From Planctomycetota bacterium (GTDB lineage Bacteria > Planctomycetota > B15-G4), in contig JBBQUR010000005.1 in assembly GCA_038212275.1 (NCBI GenBank), positions 204,659-268,658 on the forward strand: DNA of 64,000 nucleotides. Direction: 5' to 3'. The notes beneath the pieces were generated by a model. It saw only the letters and a program-made list of their open reading frames with translations. It ran no database searches and was not told where the DNA came from. A program made the translations under genes and the position numbers. This document shows positions 22,634 to 32,194 of this stretch, piece by piece (the first letter of the stretch is position 1; each line of letters begins with the position of its first letter).

Positions 22634-24610
22634 CTACCGGATGCGCTTGAGGTGGTATTGCAGCGGGACGCCGCCGGTCGAGGTGGGGAGGATGCCCACC
22701 TTCGTTTCGGGCTCGTAGCCGACGGCCGAGATGGTGAGCGAACAGAGCGAATCGTCGTCCACGTCCACTTCGAAGCGGCCCTCGGGATGGTCGGCCTCGC
22801 CGCTCATCCAGCTGCTGTTCGCGCTCTCCAGCAGCGTCGTGAAGCGGAGCACCGGTTCACCCGTGAGGGCGTCGAAGACGAGGCCGTGCACCTGCGGCGA
22901 CGGACTCAGCACCCAGGTCCGCGGCGCGTCGCCGGCCAGCACCGTCTCGTAGCGGAACGAGTAGCCCTGCTTGTTGAGCATCATGCCCTGCTCGCCCTCG
23001 GGCAGGCCGACGACCTCGAACCAGCCGTCGGCCTCCGTGAACACTGCGCCCTCGGCCGTGAACAGCTGCGTGCCGACGGGCTTGATGTTCACGCTCACCT
23101 TCTCGAGCGGCGCGCCTCCTGGCTCCGTGACGCGGCCGCGCAGGCTCAGGCCGAAGCTCAGCACGAAGTCCACGGCCGCATGCGCCTCGGTGGCCGCGAC
23201 GGTGAACTCCGTCTTCCGCGGCGAGCAGCGCTGCTCGGCGTCGATTGCAGTGAGGCGCTTGTCGCCCGGCGACACGCGCTCGAAGCGGTAGGTGCCGTCG
23301 GCGCCGGTCACGGCGCTGCGCTCCGTGGCGGAGAGTTCGGTCTCGCCGTCGCTGCCGTCCTCGGAGGCGCCGCTGCTGCTCGTGATCGTTGTCGTGCCGT
23401 CGAAGCTGATCGAAGAACCGCCCTGCTCGGGGGCCGGCCAGCGCACGAGGCGTTCGAGCGTGACCCTGCTGCCGGTGAGGGGCACGCCGCTCGCGTCGGT
23501 CACCCGGCCCTCGATGAGGGCGCCGTGATCGAGTTCCACATCCAGCCTCGTGGTCACTCCGGTCTGCACGAAGATATCGGGGATCCAGCGCGGGGCGAGG
23601 TCGGCGGGCGGCAGGGTTTCGCTGCCGACCTGCACGAGGTAGCGGCCCTCGAGCACGTGGTCGAGGCGGTAGTGGCCTTCGGCATCGGTGCGCGTGACGA
23701 GGTACTCGGCGCTGGCTTCGCCGTGGCTTGCGGTCATGGAGGCGGTGATGCGCACCTCGCTGTCGGGCACGGCCTGGCCCGTCGGGTCCGTGACGCGGCC
23801 TTCGATCGCACCGCTGCCCAGCAGCTGCAGCTCCACATGCGCGAGCTGCCGGCTGTCGGGCGGCGCGTTCACGGCGCGCGTCTCGCGCGCAAACCACGGC
23901 GCCTGCGCCCAGACGTCCACGGAAAGGCGCTCGCTGGCCGGCACGACGTCGCGCAGTTCGAAGCGCCCGTTTTCGTCGGTGAGTGCGGGCGTGCGCGAGC
24001 CGACGCTCGCGGAGGCGCCGACGAGGGGTGAGCCCACGGTGTCGGTCACCCGCCCCGTGATCAGGAAGCCGCTGTCGTAGGTGAGCAGCAGACCGTCGAT
24101 GTCACCTGCGACCTGCGGCAAGGGATAGGTCGCGGTCTCGCGCGTCAGCGTGTCGTCGAAGTCCACGGCGACTTCCGTTTCGTCGAGCGGGACGCCGCTG
24201 AGCGTGAAATGGCCGTCCTCCGCATCCGTGATGGCTGCGTCGTACGCGGCCGAACCGGCCGGCTGGCCCACCTTCAGCACGCGGCTCACGGCGGCGCCGC
24301 CCAGCGGCGTCTCGTCGGAGAGCCGCACGACCCGTCCCGAGATGCGGCGCACCGGCACGGCGGCAGGCTCCCGCGCGGCGACGGGTTCCGCCGCGGCTGG
24401 GAGGCGCTCCACCTGGGCGACCCGGGACGGGGGTGCGGGTTTTTCCCCGGCTGGTCCGTGAAAGCCCGGCGGAGTCCCCCCGACATCCTCGGCGTGCCGG
24501 AGTGGCGAGCCTCCCGGCTGCACCGAAACCTCGCCCGTCAGCAACCACATCGCCAGGCCGGCGAGCGCCAGCGCTCCGGCGAGCACGCCCATCAGCAGCG
24601 TCTTGTTCAT
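22634..24610 (-). CDS. Membrane-anchored carboxypeptidase-regulatory-like (prealbumin-fold) repeat protein
   Basis: N-terminal TM; repeated I.GRVTD..G.P..G..V and TD..G.F/Y motifs. Confidence 0.85.
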   Translation of the reverse strand: MNKTLLMGVLAGALALAGLAMWLLTGEVSVQPGGSPLRHAEDVGGTPPGFHGPAGEKPAPPSRVAQVERLPAAAEPVAAREPAAVPVRRISGRVVRLSDETPLGGAAVSRVLKVGQPAGSAAYDAAITDAEDGHFTLSGVPLDETEVAVDFDDTLTRETATYPLPQVAGDIDGLLLTYDSGFLITGRVTDTVGSPLVGASASVGSRTPALTDENGRFELRDVVPASERLSVDVWAQAPWFARETRAVNAPPDSRQLAHVELQLLGSGAIEGRVTDPTGQAVPDSEVRITASMTASHGEASAEYLVTRTDAEGHYRLDHVLEGRYLVQVGSETLPPADLAPRWIPDIFVQTGVTTRLDVELDHGALIEGRVTDASGVPLTGSRVTLERLVRWPAPEQGGSSISFDGTTTITSSSGASEDGSDGETELSATERSAVTGADGTYRFERVSPGDKRLTAIDAEQRCSPRKTEFTVAATEAHAAVDFVLSFGLSLRGRVTEPGGAPLEKVSVNIKPVGTQLFTAEGAVFTEADGWFEVVGLPEGEQGMMLNKQGYSFRYETVLAGDAPRTWVLSPSPQVHGLVFDALTGEPVLRFTTLLESANSSWMSGEADHPEGRFEVDVDDDSLCSLTISAVGYEPETKVGILPTSTGGVPLQYHLKRIR

Positions 24611-24690
24611 GAGTTGTGCACCTTCCCGGCAGGCCGCGGCGAGCCATCCCAACGGGCCATTCGCGCCGCTTCTCGGGCACGCGCCCAGGT

Positions 24691-24704
24691 TTGCTCCACA
24701 TCAT
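24691..24704. promoter_or_regulatory. Possible FNR/CRP-family box TTGCT-N4-ATCAT upstream of the cbb3 operon
   Basis: 8/10 match to TTGAT-N4-ATCAA, about 190 bp before the operon start. Confidence 0.3.
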
Positions 24705-24896
24705 TCCACAAGCGCGGGGAGACGTCGCGTGGTGCGGGGCTTTCGATGCATGTGCGGGGCGCCGGCCTCTGGAACGGGGTTTGCGAAATGCAGCCGAAAC
24801 CGTGGCCGAGCCTCGGGGCAGCTGAGCTGCCCGGCGCCCGAGGCAGGCCTGCGCGGCTGGCCGACTGAACTCCTCTCGTGAGGCCTCTGTCCACCG

Positions 24897-25919
24897 ATGA
24901 ACATGCGTGTGCTGCTGGCGGCTGCCGGGTCGGCTGCCTTGGTCCTTGCGCTCTTCGCCGCGCGCCCGCCGCGGCCCGCGGAGCCGGAGACGCCGCCCGC
25001 CGCGCGGCTCAGCTTCGCGCAATACCCGCTGGGCGAATCCGCGCAGCGCGGCGCGACGGTCTACGCCCGCTGGTGTGTCGGATGTCACGGCCCGGAGGGA
25101 CGCGGGGACGGCATCGCCAGCCCGCTGCTCAGTCCGCCGCCGCGCAACTTCCAGCTCGGCAAGTTCAAGTTCCGCAGCACGCCCTCTGGCGAACTGCCCA
25201 CCGAGGCGGACCTGCTGCACACCATCAGCTGCGGCCTGCAGGGCTCCGCGATGCCGGGCTTTCCGCTGATGCCCGAACCCGAGAAGCGCGACGTGGTCGC
25301 CTTCGTCCGTGCGCTCACGGAGTACGGCCTCGTGAAGCGCGAGGTGGACTACGTGATGGAGGACGAGGAGCTGAGTCTGGAGCAGGTGCTCGGCGAGCGC
25401 TTCGCGGAGATCCGCGAGGAGGCGCTCGCCGATGCCTATGAAAACGTCTGGCCGGTGGCGGTGCCGCCGGAGCCCGAGGTGGACGGTGCGGCGCTGGCCC
25501 AGGGCCGCAAGCTCTACGAGCAGCAGTGCGTGGCCTGCCACGGCAGTTCCGGCCGCGGAGACGGCCCGAGCAACAATCACCTGCGCGACGGCACCGACGC
25601 GCCGATCCGCGCGCGCGACTTCACGACGGGCGTGTTCCGTGCGGGCAGCGCGCCGTCGGACCTGTTCCTGCGCATGAAGACCGGCCTCAACGGCACGCCG
25701 ATGCCCGCCGTCTCCGGCAGCGACGACGACCTGTGGGCCATCGCGCACTACATCCTCAGCCTGCGCGACCCGGCCAACGCGGGCTTCATTCACCCGACCA
25801 GCTGCGAGGCGCACGCGCACACGACAGTCGCTGCGCAGTCCGGCGCGCCTGCTGGCGCACAGGCCGGCGAGGTCGCGGCACCCGACACCGCGCCCGCCAC
25901 GCAGGGAGCCGCGAAATGA
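24897..25919 (+). CDS. Di-heme cytochrome c, first gene of the cbb3-type operon
   Basis: CVGCHG..GRGDG...PPRNF and CVACHG..GRGDG...RDF; distal Met motifs GSAMPGF and GTPMPA; N-terminal hydrophobic segment. Confidence 0.88.
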   Translation: MNMRVLLAAAGSAALVLALFAARPPRPAEPETPPAARLSFAQYPLGESAQRGATVYARWCVGCHGPEGRGDGIASPLLSPPPRNFQLGKFKFRSTPSGELPTEADLLHTISCGLQGSAMPGFPLMPEPEKRDVVAFVRALTEYGLVKREVDYVMEDEELSLEQVLGERFAEIREEALADAYENVWPVAVPPEPEVDGAALAQGRKLYEQQCVACHGSSGRGDGPSNNHLRDGTDAPIRARDFTTGVFRAGSAPSDLFLRMKTGLNGTPMPAVSGSDDDLWAIAHYILSLRDPANAGFIHPTSCEAHAHTTVAAQSGAPAGAQAGEVAAPDTAPATQGAAK

Positions 25920-27418
25920 GCAGCACCAGCGTTCCACTGCATCCGGCGGGCGACGGCGGGCGCGACCTGCCCGCCGAGCACGCGGTCTCCGGTGCGCTCG
26001 TGGAGAAGGCGCTCATCCGCTGGCACTTCCTCTTCGCCGTCGGCTTCCTGCTCACGTCGATGGCCAGCGGCTTTCTCGTCTCGCTGAACTTCATCCACGC
26101 CTATCCGTTCCCGGGCATCGAGTGGTTCTCCGTGAACCGCTTGCGCCTGCTGCACACCAACGAGGTCGCGTTCGGCTTCCTGGTCAATGCGCTGGTCGGC
26201 GCGCTCTACTACGCGATCCCGCGGCTCACGGGGCGCCGCGTCTGCGCGCGCTGGCTGGGCTGGGTGATCCTCGTCGTGTGGCAGGCGCTCATGGTCGCCA
26301 CCTCGGCGGGGCAGGTCATGGGATTCACGCAGGGCGTCGAGTGGGGCGAGACGCCCACCGGCTTCCGTCCGGGAACCTTCGTCCTCGAATACATCCCGGT
26401 GGACTTCCTCATCGAGCTCGGCGCGGTGTTGCTGGCCATCCAGTTCCTGGTGCCCATCGCGCGCTCGCTGCACAAGCGCATGTACGTGTCGCTCTGGTAC
26501 ATCTCGGCCGGGCTCGTGTGGCTCATCCTCACCTACGTGATGGGCAACACGCTGCCCGAGTGGACGCTGGCGGGCTCATCCGGCGCCGCGACCGCGGGCC
26601 TCTACATCCACGACCTGGTCGGCCTCTTCCTCACGCCGCTGGGCTGGGGCCTGATGTACTTCTTCGTGCCGATCATCCTGCGCCAGCCGGTGTGGAGCCA
26701 CGCGCTGTCGGTCATCGGCTTCTGGGCGCTGGCCTTCTTCTATCCGCTCAACGGCGTGCACCACTTCCTGCTGTCCAGCATCCCGATGTCGGTGCAGTAC
26801 GGCGCGATCATCTCCACCATGGCGGTGGAGATCGTGGTCACCACGGTCATCGTGAACTTCTTCGCGACGATGTGGGGCAAAGGCTACGCGCTGCGCAGCA
26901 GCCTGCCGATCCGCTGGTTCTACACGGGCATGGTGCTGTACTTCATCACCTGCCTGCAGTGTTTCTTCCACACGACGCTCACGCTGCAGGCGGTGATCCA
27001 CTTCACGGACTGGGTGCCGGGTCACGCGCACCTCGTGATGCTGGGTGTCTTCGCCTTCTGGCTCATCGGCATCATCACGTGGTTGTGGCCGCGCATCACG
27101 GGCCACGAGTGGTACAGCCGGCGCCTCAACAGCTGGCAGTACTGGTTGTCCATGCTGGGTCTGATGATCATGTTCGTGGACCTGCTCGCTGCGGGCGTGG
27201 TCAACGGCTACATGCTCCGCAACCTCGTGCCGTGGATGGACATGGTGCGCGCGATGGGTCCGTTCTGGAGCGTGCGCACCTTCGCCGGCGGGATGATCCT
27301 GCTGGGCCAGATGCTCTGGGCCTTCAACCTCACCATGACCATGCGCGGCGGAAGGCCCTACGACTACCGCAGCGACCTCGTCCTGCCCGACGGGGCCGAC
27401 GCCCGAGGGGAGAGCTGA
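25916..27418 (+). CDS. ccoN: cbb3-type (C-family) heme-copper oxidase subunit I, divergent
   Basis: RLRLLHTN, YIHDLVG, YPLNGVHH (Tyr six residues before the His pair), DWVPGHAH; about 12 TM helices. Confidence 0.85.
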   Translation: MSSTSVPLHPAGDGGRDLPAEHAVSGALVEKALIRWHFLFAVGFLLTSMASGFLVSLNFIHAYPFPGIEWFSVNRLRLLHTNEVAFGFLVNALVGALYYAIPRLTGRRVCARWLGWVILVVWQALMVATSAGQVMGFTQGVEWGETPTGFRPGTFVLEYIPVDFLIELGAVLLAIQFLVPIARSLHKRMYVSLWYISAGLVWLILTYVMGNTLPEWTLAGSSGAATAGLYIHDLVGLFLTPLGWGLMYFFVPIILRQPVWSHALSVIGFWALAFFYPLNGVHHFLLSSIPMSVQYGAIISTMAVEIVVTTVIVNFFATMWGKGYALRSSLPIRWFYTGMVLYFITCLQCFFHTTLTLQAVIHFTDWVPGHAHLVMLGVFAFWLIGIITWLWPRITGHEWYSRRLNSWQYWLSMLGLMIMFVDLLAAGVVNGYMLRNLVPWMDMVRAMGPFWSVRTFAGGMILLGQMLWAFNLTMTMRGGRPYDYRSDLVLPDGADARGES

Positions 27419-27419
27419 C

Positions 27420-28307
27420 ATGGACCGCTTCAGTCGCGTGCTGATCGTCGCCGGCATCCTGTGCTTCGTGTTCGCCTTCGTGCTCTCCGGGCTGTACCCG
27501 TACATGATCACGGATGCGAAGACGCCCGAGGCGAGCATCGCCGAGCTGGCGGCCGTGGTGCCGCCCGTCTTCAAGTCGCTGAAGGACGCCGACCCGTCGG
27601 GCTTCGTCGCGGCGTTTCCCGCAGCCGCCGGAGCGCTCTCGCCGCTGGAGCTGCTGACGGAGACGCCCGACGAGGCGGCCGTGCAAGCCGGCGAGGCGGC
27701 CTGGCGCGCCGTGTACGCGGAGGCGTTGCAGCGCGGCCGCGACAACTACATCGCGGACGGATGCTGGCACTGCCACAGCCAGTACGTGCGCCCGGTGGCC
27801 AACGAGGAGCAGCGCTTCGGGCCGGTGCTGCCCGCAGCCAACGACAACAATGCCTTGCAGCGTCCGGTGCTGTGGGGCACGCGCCGCGTCGGACCCGACC
27901 TCACGCACGAGGGCGGGCTGCGCAGCAACGACTGGCACCTCGCGCACTTCGCGAACCCGCAGGGCACATCGCCCGATTCGGTGATGCCGGCCTACCCGTG
28001 GTTCCTGCGGACCGGCTTCCAGGTGCGTCGCACGATCGCGCCGGAGGTCGCCGAGCGCGAGGGCCTCGATCCCGCGACGAGCTACCCGGTGCCCGGCCTC
28101 TACGCCACGCAGGCCGAGGCGCAGGCCGCGCTGGAGCGCGTGAAGGCGGCACTGCCGTCGAGCCTGGCCGCCGAGCAGAGCCGTCTGCTCGTCGCGCCAG
28201 GCACCAGTTTCAACGGGCGCGGCTTTTCGCTCGTCGCCTATCTGCAATGGCTCGGCACGTGGACGCCGCCGGCCGCGCGCGCCGCAGCGACGGGCGGTGA
28301 GCCATGA
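27420..28307 (+). CDS. ccoO: cbb3-type oxidase subunit II (monoheme cytochrome c)
   Basis: GRDNYIADGCWHCHSQYVRP, WGTRRVGPDL, SVMPAYPW, LVAYLQWLG. Confidence 0.9.
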   Translation: MDRFSRVLIVAGILCFVFAFVLSGLYPYMITDAKTPEASIAELAAVVPPVFKSLKDADPSGFVAAFPAAAGALSPLELLTETPDEAAVQAGEAAWRAVYAEALQRGRDNYIADGCWHCHSQYVRPVANEEQRFGPVLPAANDNNALQRPVLWGTRRVGPDLTHEGGLRSNDWHLAHFANPQGTSPDSVMPAYPWFLRTGFQVRRTIAPEVAEREGLDPATSYPVPGLYATQAEAQAALERVKAALPSSLAAEQSRLLVAPGTSFNGRGFSLVAYLQWLGTWTPPAARAAATGGEP

Positions 28308-28681
28308 GTTCCGTGCATCGGCCCGACACGCCGGGCAGCCCGTCCGCGCGCCGCCCGCCGACGAGCGACGCCGGGCCGCTCGCGCCGGGGCTGCGGACGC
28401 CGCAGCGCATTCCGCGCGGCGCGCTGTGGTTCCTGATGGCCGTCATCGTGCTGGGCGGCGCCGGATTCATCTACAAATTCTACGAGTTCTTCCTCGACAT
28501 CGCGGCGCAGGACGGCTTCCGATTCGCGGGCGCACACCTGCTGACGTATCTGCTGGTGGCGGCCGGCTTCCTGCTGCTGCTGCTTTACGCCTTCCTCAAC
28601 GGCCACTTCGCCGACATCGAGAGTCCCAAGTACGAGCTGCTGGAGCGGGAGGTGCGTCTTGACCACGAAGAATACGACTGA
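28304..28681 (+). CDS. CcoS/FixS-like maturation membrane protein (two TM helices)
   Basis: NGHFADIESPKY resembles the CcoS GQF.D.E.P motif; operon position. Confidence 0.65.
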   Translation: MSSVHRPDTPGSPSARRPPTSDAGPLAPGLRTPQRIPRGALWFLMAVIVLGGAGFIYKFYEFFLDIAAQDGFRFAGAHLLTYLLVAAGFLLLLLYAFLNGHFADIESPKYELLEREVRLDHEEYD

Positions 28682-28871
28682 GGCCTCGCGCTGGTCGGCC
28701 ACCGCCGCACGAGCGGAAGCCGACGACAACACGATGCCGGAGTTCCAGTACGGGCACGGCCGCATGCCCTTCTTCATGAAAATCGTGTGGCTGGCGTTTC
28801 TCGCCTTCGGCACCTGGTACACGGTGGTCTTCCTGCTGGACGCGCTGGGCACCGAGCTCGGCGTCGGCTGA
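28659..28871 (+). CDS. Small membrane protein resembling the CcoP/FixP N-terminal helix (alternative ATG start at 28734)
   Basis: EFQYGHGRMPFFMKIVWLAFLAFGTWY; stop overlaps the next start (TGATG). Confidence 0.6.
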   Translation: MTTKNTTEASRWSATAARAEADDNTMPEFQYGHGRMPFFMKIVWLAFLAFGTWYTVVFLLDALGTELGVG

Positions 28872-31324
28872 TGCCGGCCGCGCCGGACGCGCCAGCCGCG
28901 CGCAGGGCGCCGCCGTCGGCGGCCATCGTCGCCGACATCGTCGACGCTGCCGACGCTGCCGACGCTGCCGACGCTCCGAACGCTCCGGACGCTCCCGACG
29001 CCACCGCTGCCTGTGCACACTGCGGCCTCCCCGTGCGGCTCTCGCGGCGCGCACGGAGCGCCGCGGCGGCGGTGGCCGCGGCCGCTGCCCATGCCGCCGC
29101 CGATGCCGATGTCAATGCCGCATCAGCCGCCGCTGCGACAGCGCCGATGTACTGCTGCGTGGGGTGCCGCCTCGCGGCAGCGGCGGGCGGGAGCGGCGGC
29201 GCGCGCGGGCTGCTCGAGGCGCGGTTGCTGCTCTCGGCATTCCTCGCGATGGGCGTGATGACCTTCAGCCTCGTGAGCTACGGCGAGACGCTGCACGCCG
29301 TCGGCGACGAGCCGGGACTCGCCGCCGTGCGCAACCTCGGTCGCGCCGCCCTCGCGCTCTTCTCCACGCCCGTGCTGCTGCTGCTGGGCCTGCCTCTGCT
29401 CGCGGGCGCGTGGGCCGACCTGTCGCAGCGCCGCGTGCGCATGGACGGCCTCATCGTGCTGGCGACGTTCGCCGCCTTCGGCCTCTCGCTCGCACACACG
29501 TGGACCGGCGAGGGCGAGGTCTACTACGACACCGCGACGATGGTGCTCGTGCTCGTGAGCTTCGGCCGCCGGCTGGAAGCTCATGCTCGCGCACAGGGAC
29601 GCGACGCCGCCACCGCGCTGGCCGAGTGCCTGCCGCGCGCCGCGCACCGGATGGCGCGCGCGGGCTACGACACCGCGCCGGCCATAGCGATGCCGGAAGA
29701 CGTCGCGCCCGAAGTGCTGAGCGCGGGCGACCTCTGCGAGCTGCGGCCCGGCGAGGCCGTGCCTGCCGACGTGATCGTCGTGGCGGGCGGCGGCGCGGTC
29801 CGCTGCGCGCACATCACCGGCGAAGAGACGCCGCGTCCTGTCGGCCCCGGCGACGAGCTGCCGGCCGGCGCGCTCAACGGCGAGACCGCGCTCACTGTGC
29901 GCGTCCTGCGTCCCGTCGCGCAGAGTCGGCTGGCGCGCCTGCGCGAGCTGCTCGACGCGCCGCTCCCGGCCACGCACCTCACGCGGCTCGTGGATCGCCT
30001 CGCGGGCGTGCTCGCCGCGCTGTCCATCACGCTGGCGGCGGTGGCCGGCTCCTGGTTCGCGTGGCACGCCGGCGCCGGCGACGGATTGCGCGTCGCACTC
30101 TCCGTGCTGCTCGTCGCGTGTCCGTGCGCGCTCGGCCTTGCGACGCCGCTCGCATACCGCGCACTGCGCACCGCGCTGGCGAAGCGCGGCTTGCTCGTGC
30201 ACGACGCCGCGGCGCTGGAGCGCTGCGCCCGCGTGGACACCGTGCTGCTGGACAAGACCGGCACGCTGACCGACCCGGCGCTGGCCCGCGCGCAGATCAC
30301 CGCCGAGACGCCGGCCGCCGTGCTGCGGCTCGCGCGACTCGTCTCCGCCTCGGGCCACGCGCTGGCCTCGGCCTTCGCAATGGCTGCGCCGGGCTCGACG
30401 GCGGCGCCGGACACGACGGCTGCGCCTGGCGCGACGGCGGCGTCGGACGTCGCGGCGGCGCCGGGCGCTTCGCTCTCTCACGCGGCGTCTGAACTCGTCG
30501 ACGACCTGCGCCTCGTGCCGGGGCGCGGCGTGAGGGCGCGCATCGGAGGCCGCGACTGCTGTGCCGGCAGTCTCTCGTGGCTGGAGTCGGAGGGCGTGCA
30601 GGCCGGCGCGCCCTTCGTCGCCGAGCGTGACCGACTGCTGGCGCGCGGCGTGAGCATCGTGGCGCTGGCCGAGGAGGGCGTGATCACCGCGCTTGCCGGC
30701 ATCGAGAGCACGCTGCGACCCGGCGCGCATGCGGCGGTCGCGGACTTTCGCAGGCGCGGACTCGCCGTGCTGATCCTCTCCGGCGACAGGCAGGCGTCGG
30801 CGGCGAGCCTCGGCAGCGAGGTCGGCGCGGCGGCGCTCGGCGACCTGCTGCCTGAGGGCAAGCTGGCCGTGCTTCAGGATGCGCGCTGCGCCGGCCGCGT
30901 CACGCTCATGGCAGGCGACGGCATCAACGATGCGCCCGCGCTGCGCGCTGCGGACGTCGGCGTGGCGCTGGCCGTCGGCAGCGCGGCTGCGCGCGGCCAG
31001 GCCGGCGTGGAACTCGTCGCGGACGATCTGCACGCGCTGGTCGACCTGCTCGACGCCGCGCGCGCGCTGCGGCGCGCCGTGCGCGTCAACCTCACGTGGA
31101 CGCTGATCTACAACGCGGTGTTGCTCGCGCTTGCTGCCAGCGGCCACCTGCACCCGCTGCTCGCCGCGGTGGCGATGATCGTCTCGAGCCTCATGGTGAG
31201 CCTGCGCAGCTACGCGTTGCTCACGTGGGAGCCGCCCGTGCGCAACTCCCTATCGAGCGCTCGTGCCGGGCATGACGACGTCGATGCGGGTGAGGCGATT
31301 CCTGCAGCGGGACTCATGCGATGA
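28871..31324 (+). CDS. Heavy-metal (Cu) P1B-type ATPase, CcoI/FixI-like
   Basis: CAHCG and YCCVGC at the N-terminus, TGE, ACPCALGLATP, DKTGT, GDGINDAP. Confidence 0.92.
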   Translation: MPAAPDAPAARRAPPSAAIVADIVDAADAADAADAPNAPDAPDATAACAHCGLPVRLSRRARSAAAAVAAAAAHAAADADVNAASAAAATAPMYCCVGCRLAAAAGGSGGARGLLEARLLLSAFLAMGVMTFSLVSYGETLHAVGDEPGLAAVRNLGRAALALFSTPVLLLLGLPLLAGAWADLSQRRVRMDGLIVLATFAAFGLSLAHTWTGEGEVYYDTATMVLVLVSFGRRLEAHARAQGRDAATALAECLPRAAHRMARAGYDTAPAIAMPEDVAPEVLSAGDLCELRPGEAVPADVIVVAGGGAVRCAHITGEETPRPVGPGDELPAGALNGETALTVRVLRPVAQSRLARLRELLDAPLPATHLTRLVDRLAGVLAALSITLAAVAGSWFAWHAGAGDGLRVALSVLLVACPCALGLATPLAYRALRTALAKRGLLVHDAAALERCARVDTVLLDKTGTLTDPALARAQITAETPAAVLRLARLVSASGHALASAFAMAAPGSTAAPDTTAAPGATAASDVAAAPGASLSHAASELVDDLRLVPGRGVRARIGGRDCCAGSLSWLESEGVQAGAPFVAERDRLLARGVSIVALAEEGVITALAGIESTLRPGAHAAVADFRRRGLAVLILSGDRQASAASLGSEVGAAALGDLLPEGKLAVLQDARCAGRVTLMAGDGINDAPALRAADVGVALAVGSAAARGQAGVELVADDLHALVDLLDAARALRRAVRVNLTWTLIYNAVLLALAASGHLHPLLAAVAMIVSSLMVSLRSYALLTWEPPVRNSLSSARAGHDDVDAGEAIPAAGLMR

Positions 31325-32181
31325 ACGGCGCCGAGCTGCTCGCGGCCGCGGTGGGAGGGCTGCTCTTCGCGCTGGTCAACGCCCTGCACTGCGCGGGGAT
31401 GTGCGGGGCCTTTGCGGTGCGTGCCGCGGCGGGGCATCGCGCGGGAGCAAGCCTGTCGGCGTATCTGTTCGGCAAGACCTTCACCTATGTCTTCCTCGGG
31501 GCGCTCGCGGGCGCGGCCGGCGGCAGGTTGCTCTCCGCGGCGGGGCCGCTGCAGCGCGTCGCGGGGCTGATCGTCGGCGCGCTGTTCGTGGTGGCGGGCG
31601 TGCGGCTGATCGTGGGCCGCATGGCCGGCGGCGCGACAGGTCGCTTCGCGCGAGCGGCTGGCGCGCTGCTCGCCCCGTTGCTCGCGGACCTGCGTGTCGG
31701 AGGTGACGAGGTGTCGGCGCGTGGTGAGGGCGCGTCCACGACGGCAGAGAGTGCGGGCGGCGCAGTGAGCTCGGCAGCGCAGGTCGCCGCGCGGCGCTTC
31801 ACGCTCGGCGCGCTCACCGGCCTGCTGCCGTGCGGCGTCACCGGTCTGGCGCTGCTGCAGGCTGCGGCGCTCGCTTCGCCGGCGTCGGGCGCGCTTTTCA
31901 TGGCGGCGTTCGGAGTCGGCACGGCGCCGGCGCTTGCGGCGACGGCGCTTCTCGGGCGCGGACTGCTGGCTCGCGCCGGAGCCGGCACGCGACGCCTGCG
32001 CTACGCCGCGGGCGGGCTGCTGCTTGCCGCGGGATTGCTCGCGCTGCTGCGCGCCGGAGCCGGCTGGAGCGACACGACGGCTGGAGGCGGCGCGGGAGAC
32101 GCCAGCGGCGTGAACGGCGTGCTCGACGCGTCCTCGGTTCGCACGGCGGCCGCGCTCGCATGTCCCCTGTGTCCGCGATGA
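31321..32181 (+). CDS. DsbD_2/TauE-like membrane protein (cbb3 assembly associated)
   Basis: HCAGMCG, GLLPCG, MAAFGVGTAP. Confidence 0.85.
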   Translation: MNGAELLAAAVGGLLFALVNALHCAGMCGAFAVRAAAGHRAGASLSAYLFGKTFTYVFLGALAGAAGGRLLSAAGPLQRVAGLIVGALFVVAGVRLIVGRMAGGATGRFARAAGALLAPLLADLRVGGDEVSARGEGASTTAESAGGAVSSAAQVAARRFTLGALTGLLPCGVTGLALLQAAALASPASGALFMAAFGVGTAPALAATALLGRGLLARAGAGTRRLRYAAGGLLLAAGLLALLRAGAGWSDTTAGGGAGDASGVNGVLDASSVRTAAALACPLCPR

Positions 32182-32194
32182 GGCCGCGCGGCGC

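Noticed and set aside
25916..27418. Nitric oxide reductase (cNOR) call
   Set aside because: It lacks the HLWVEG-type Glu motif, retains the helix VII Tyr, and is accompanied by copper-delivery genes
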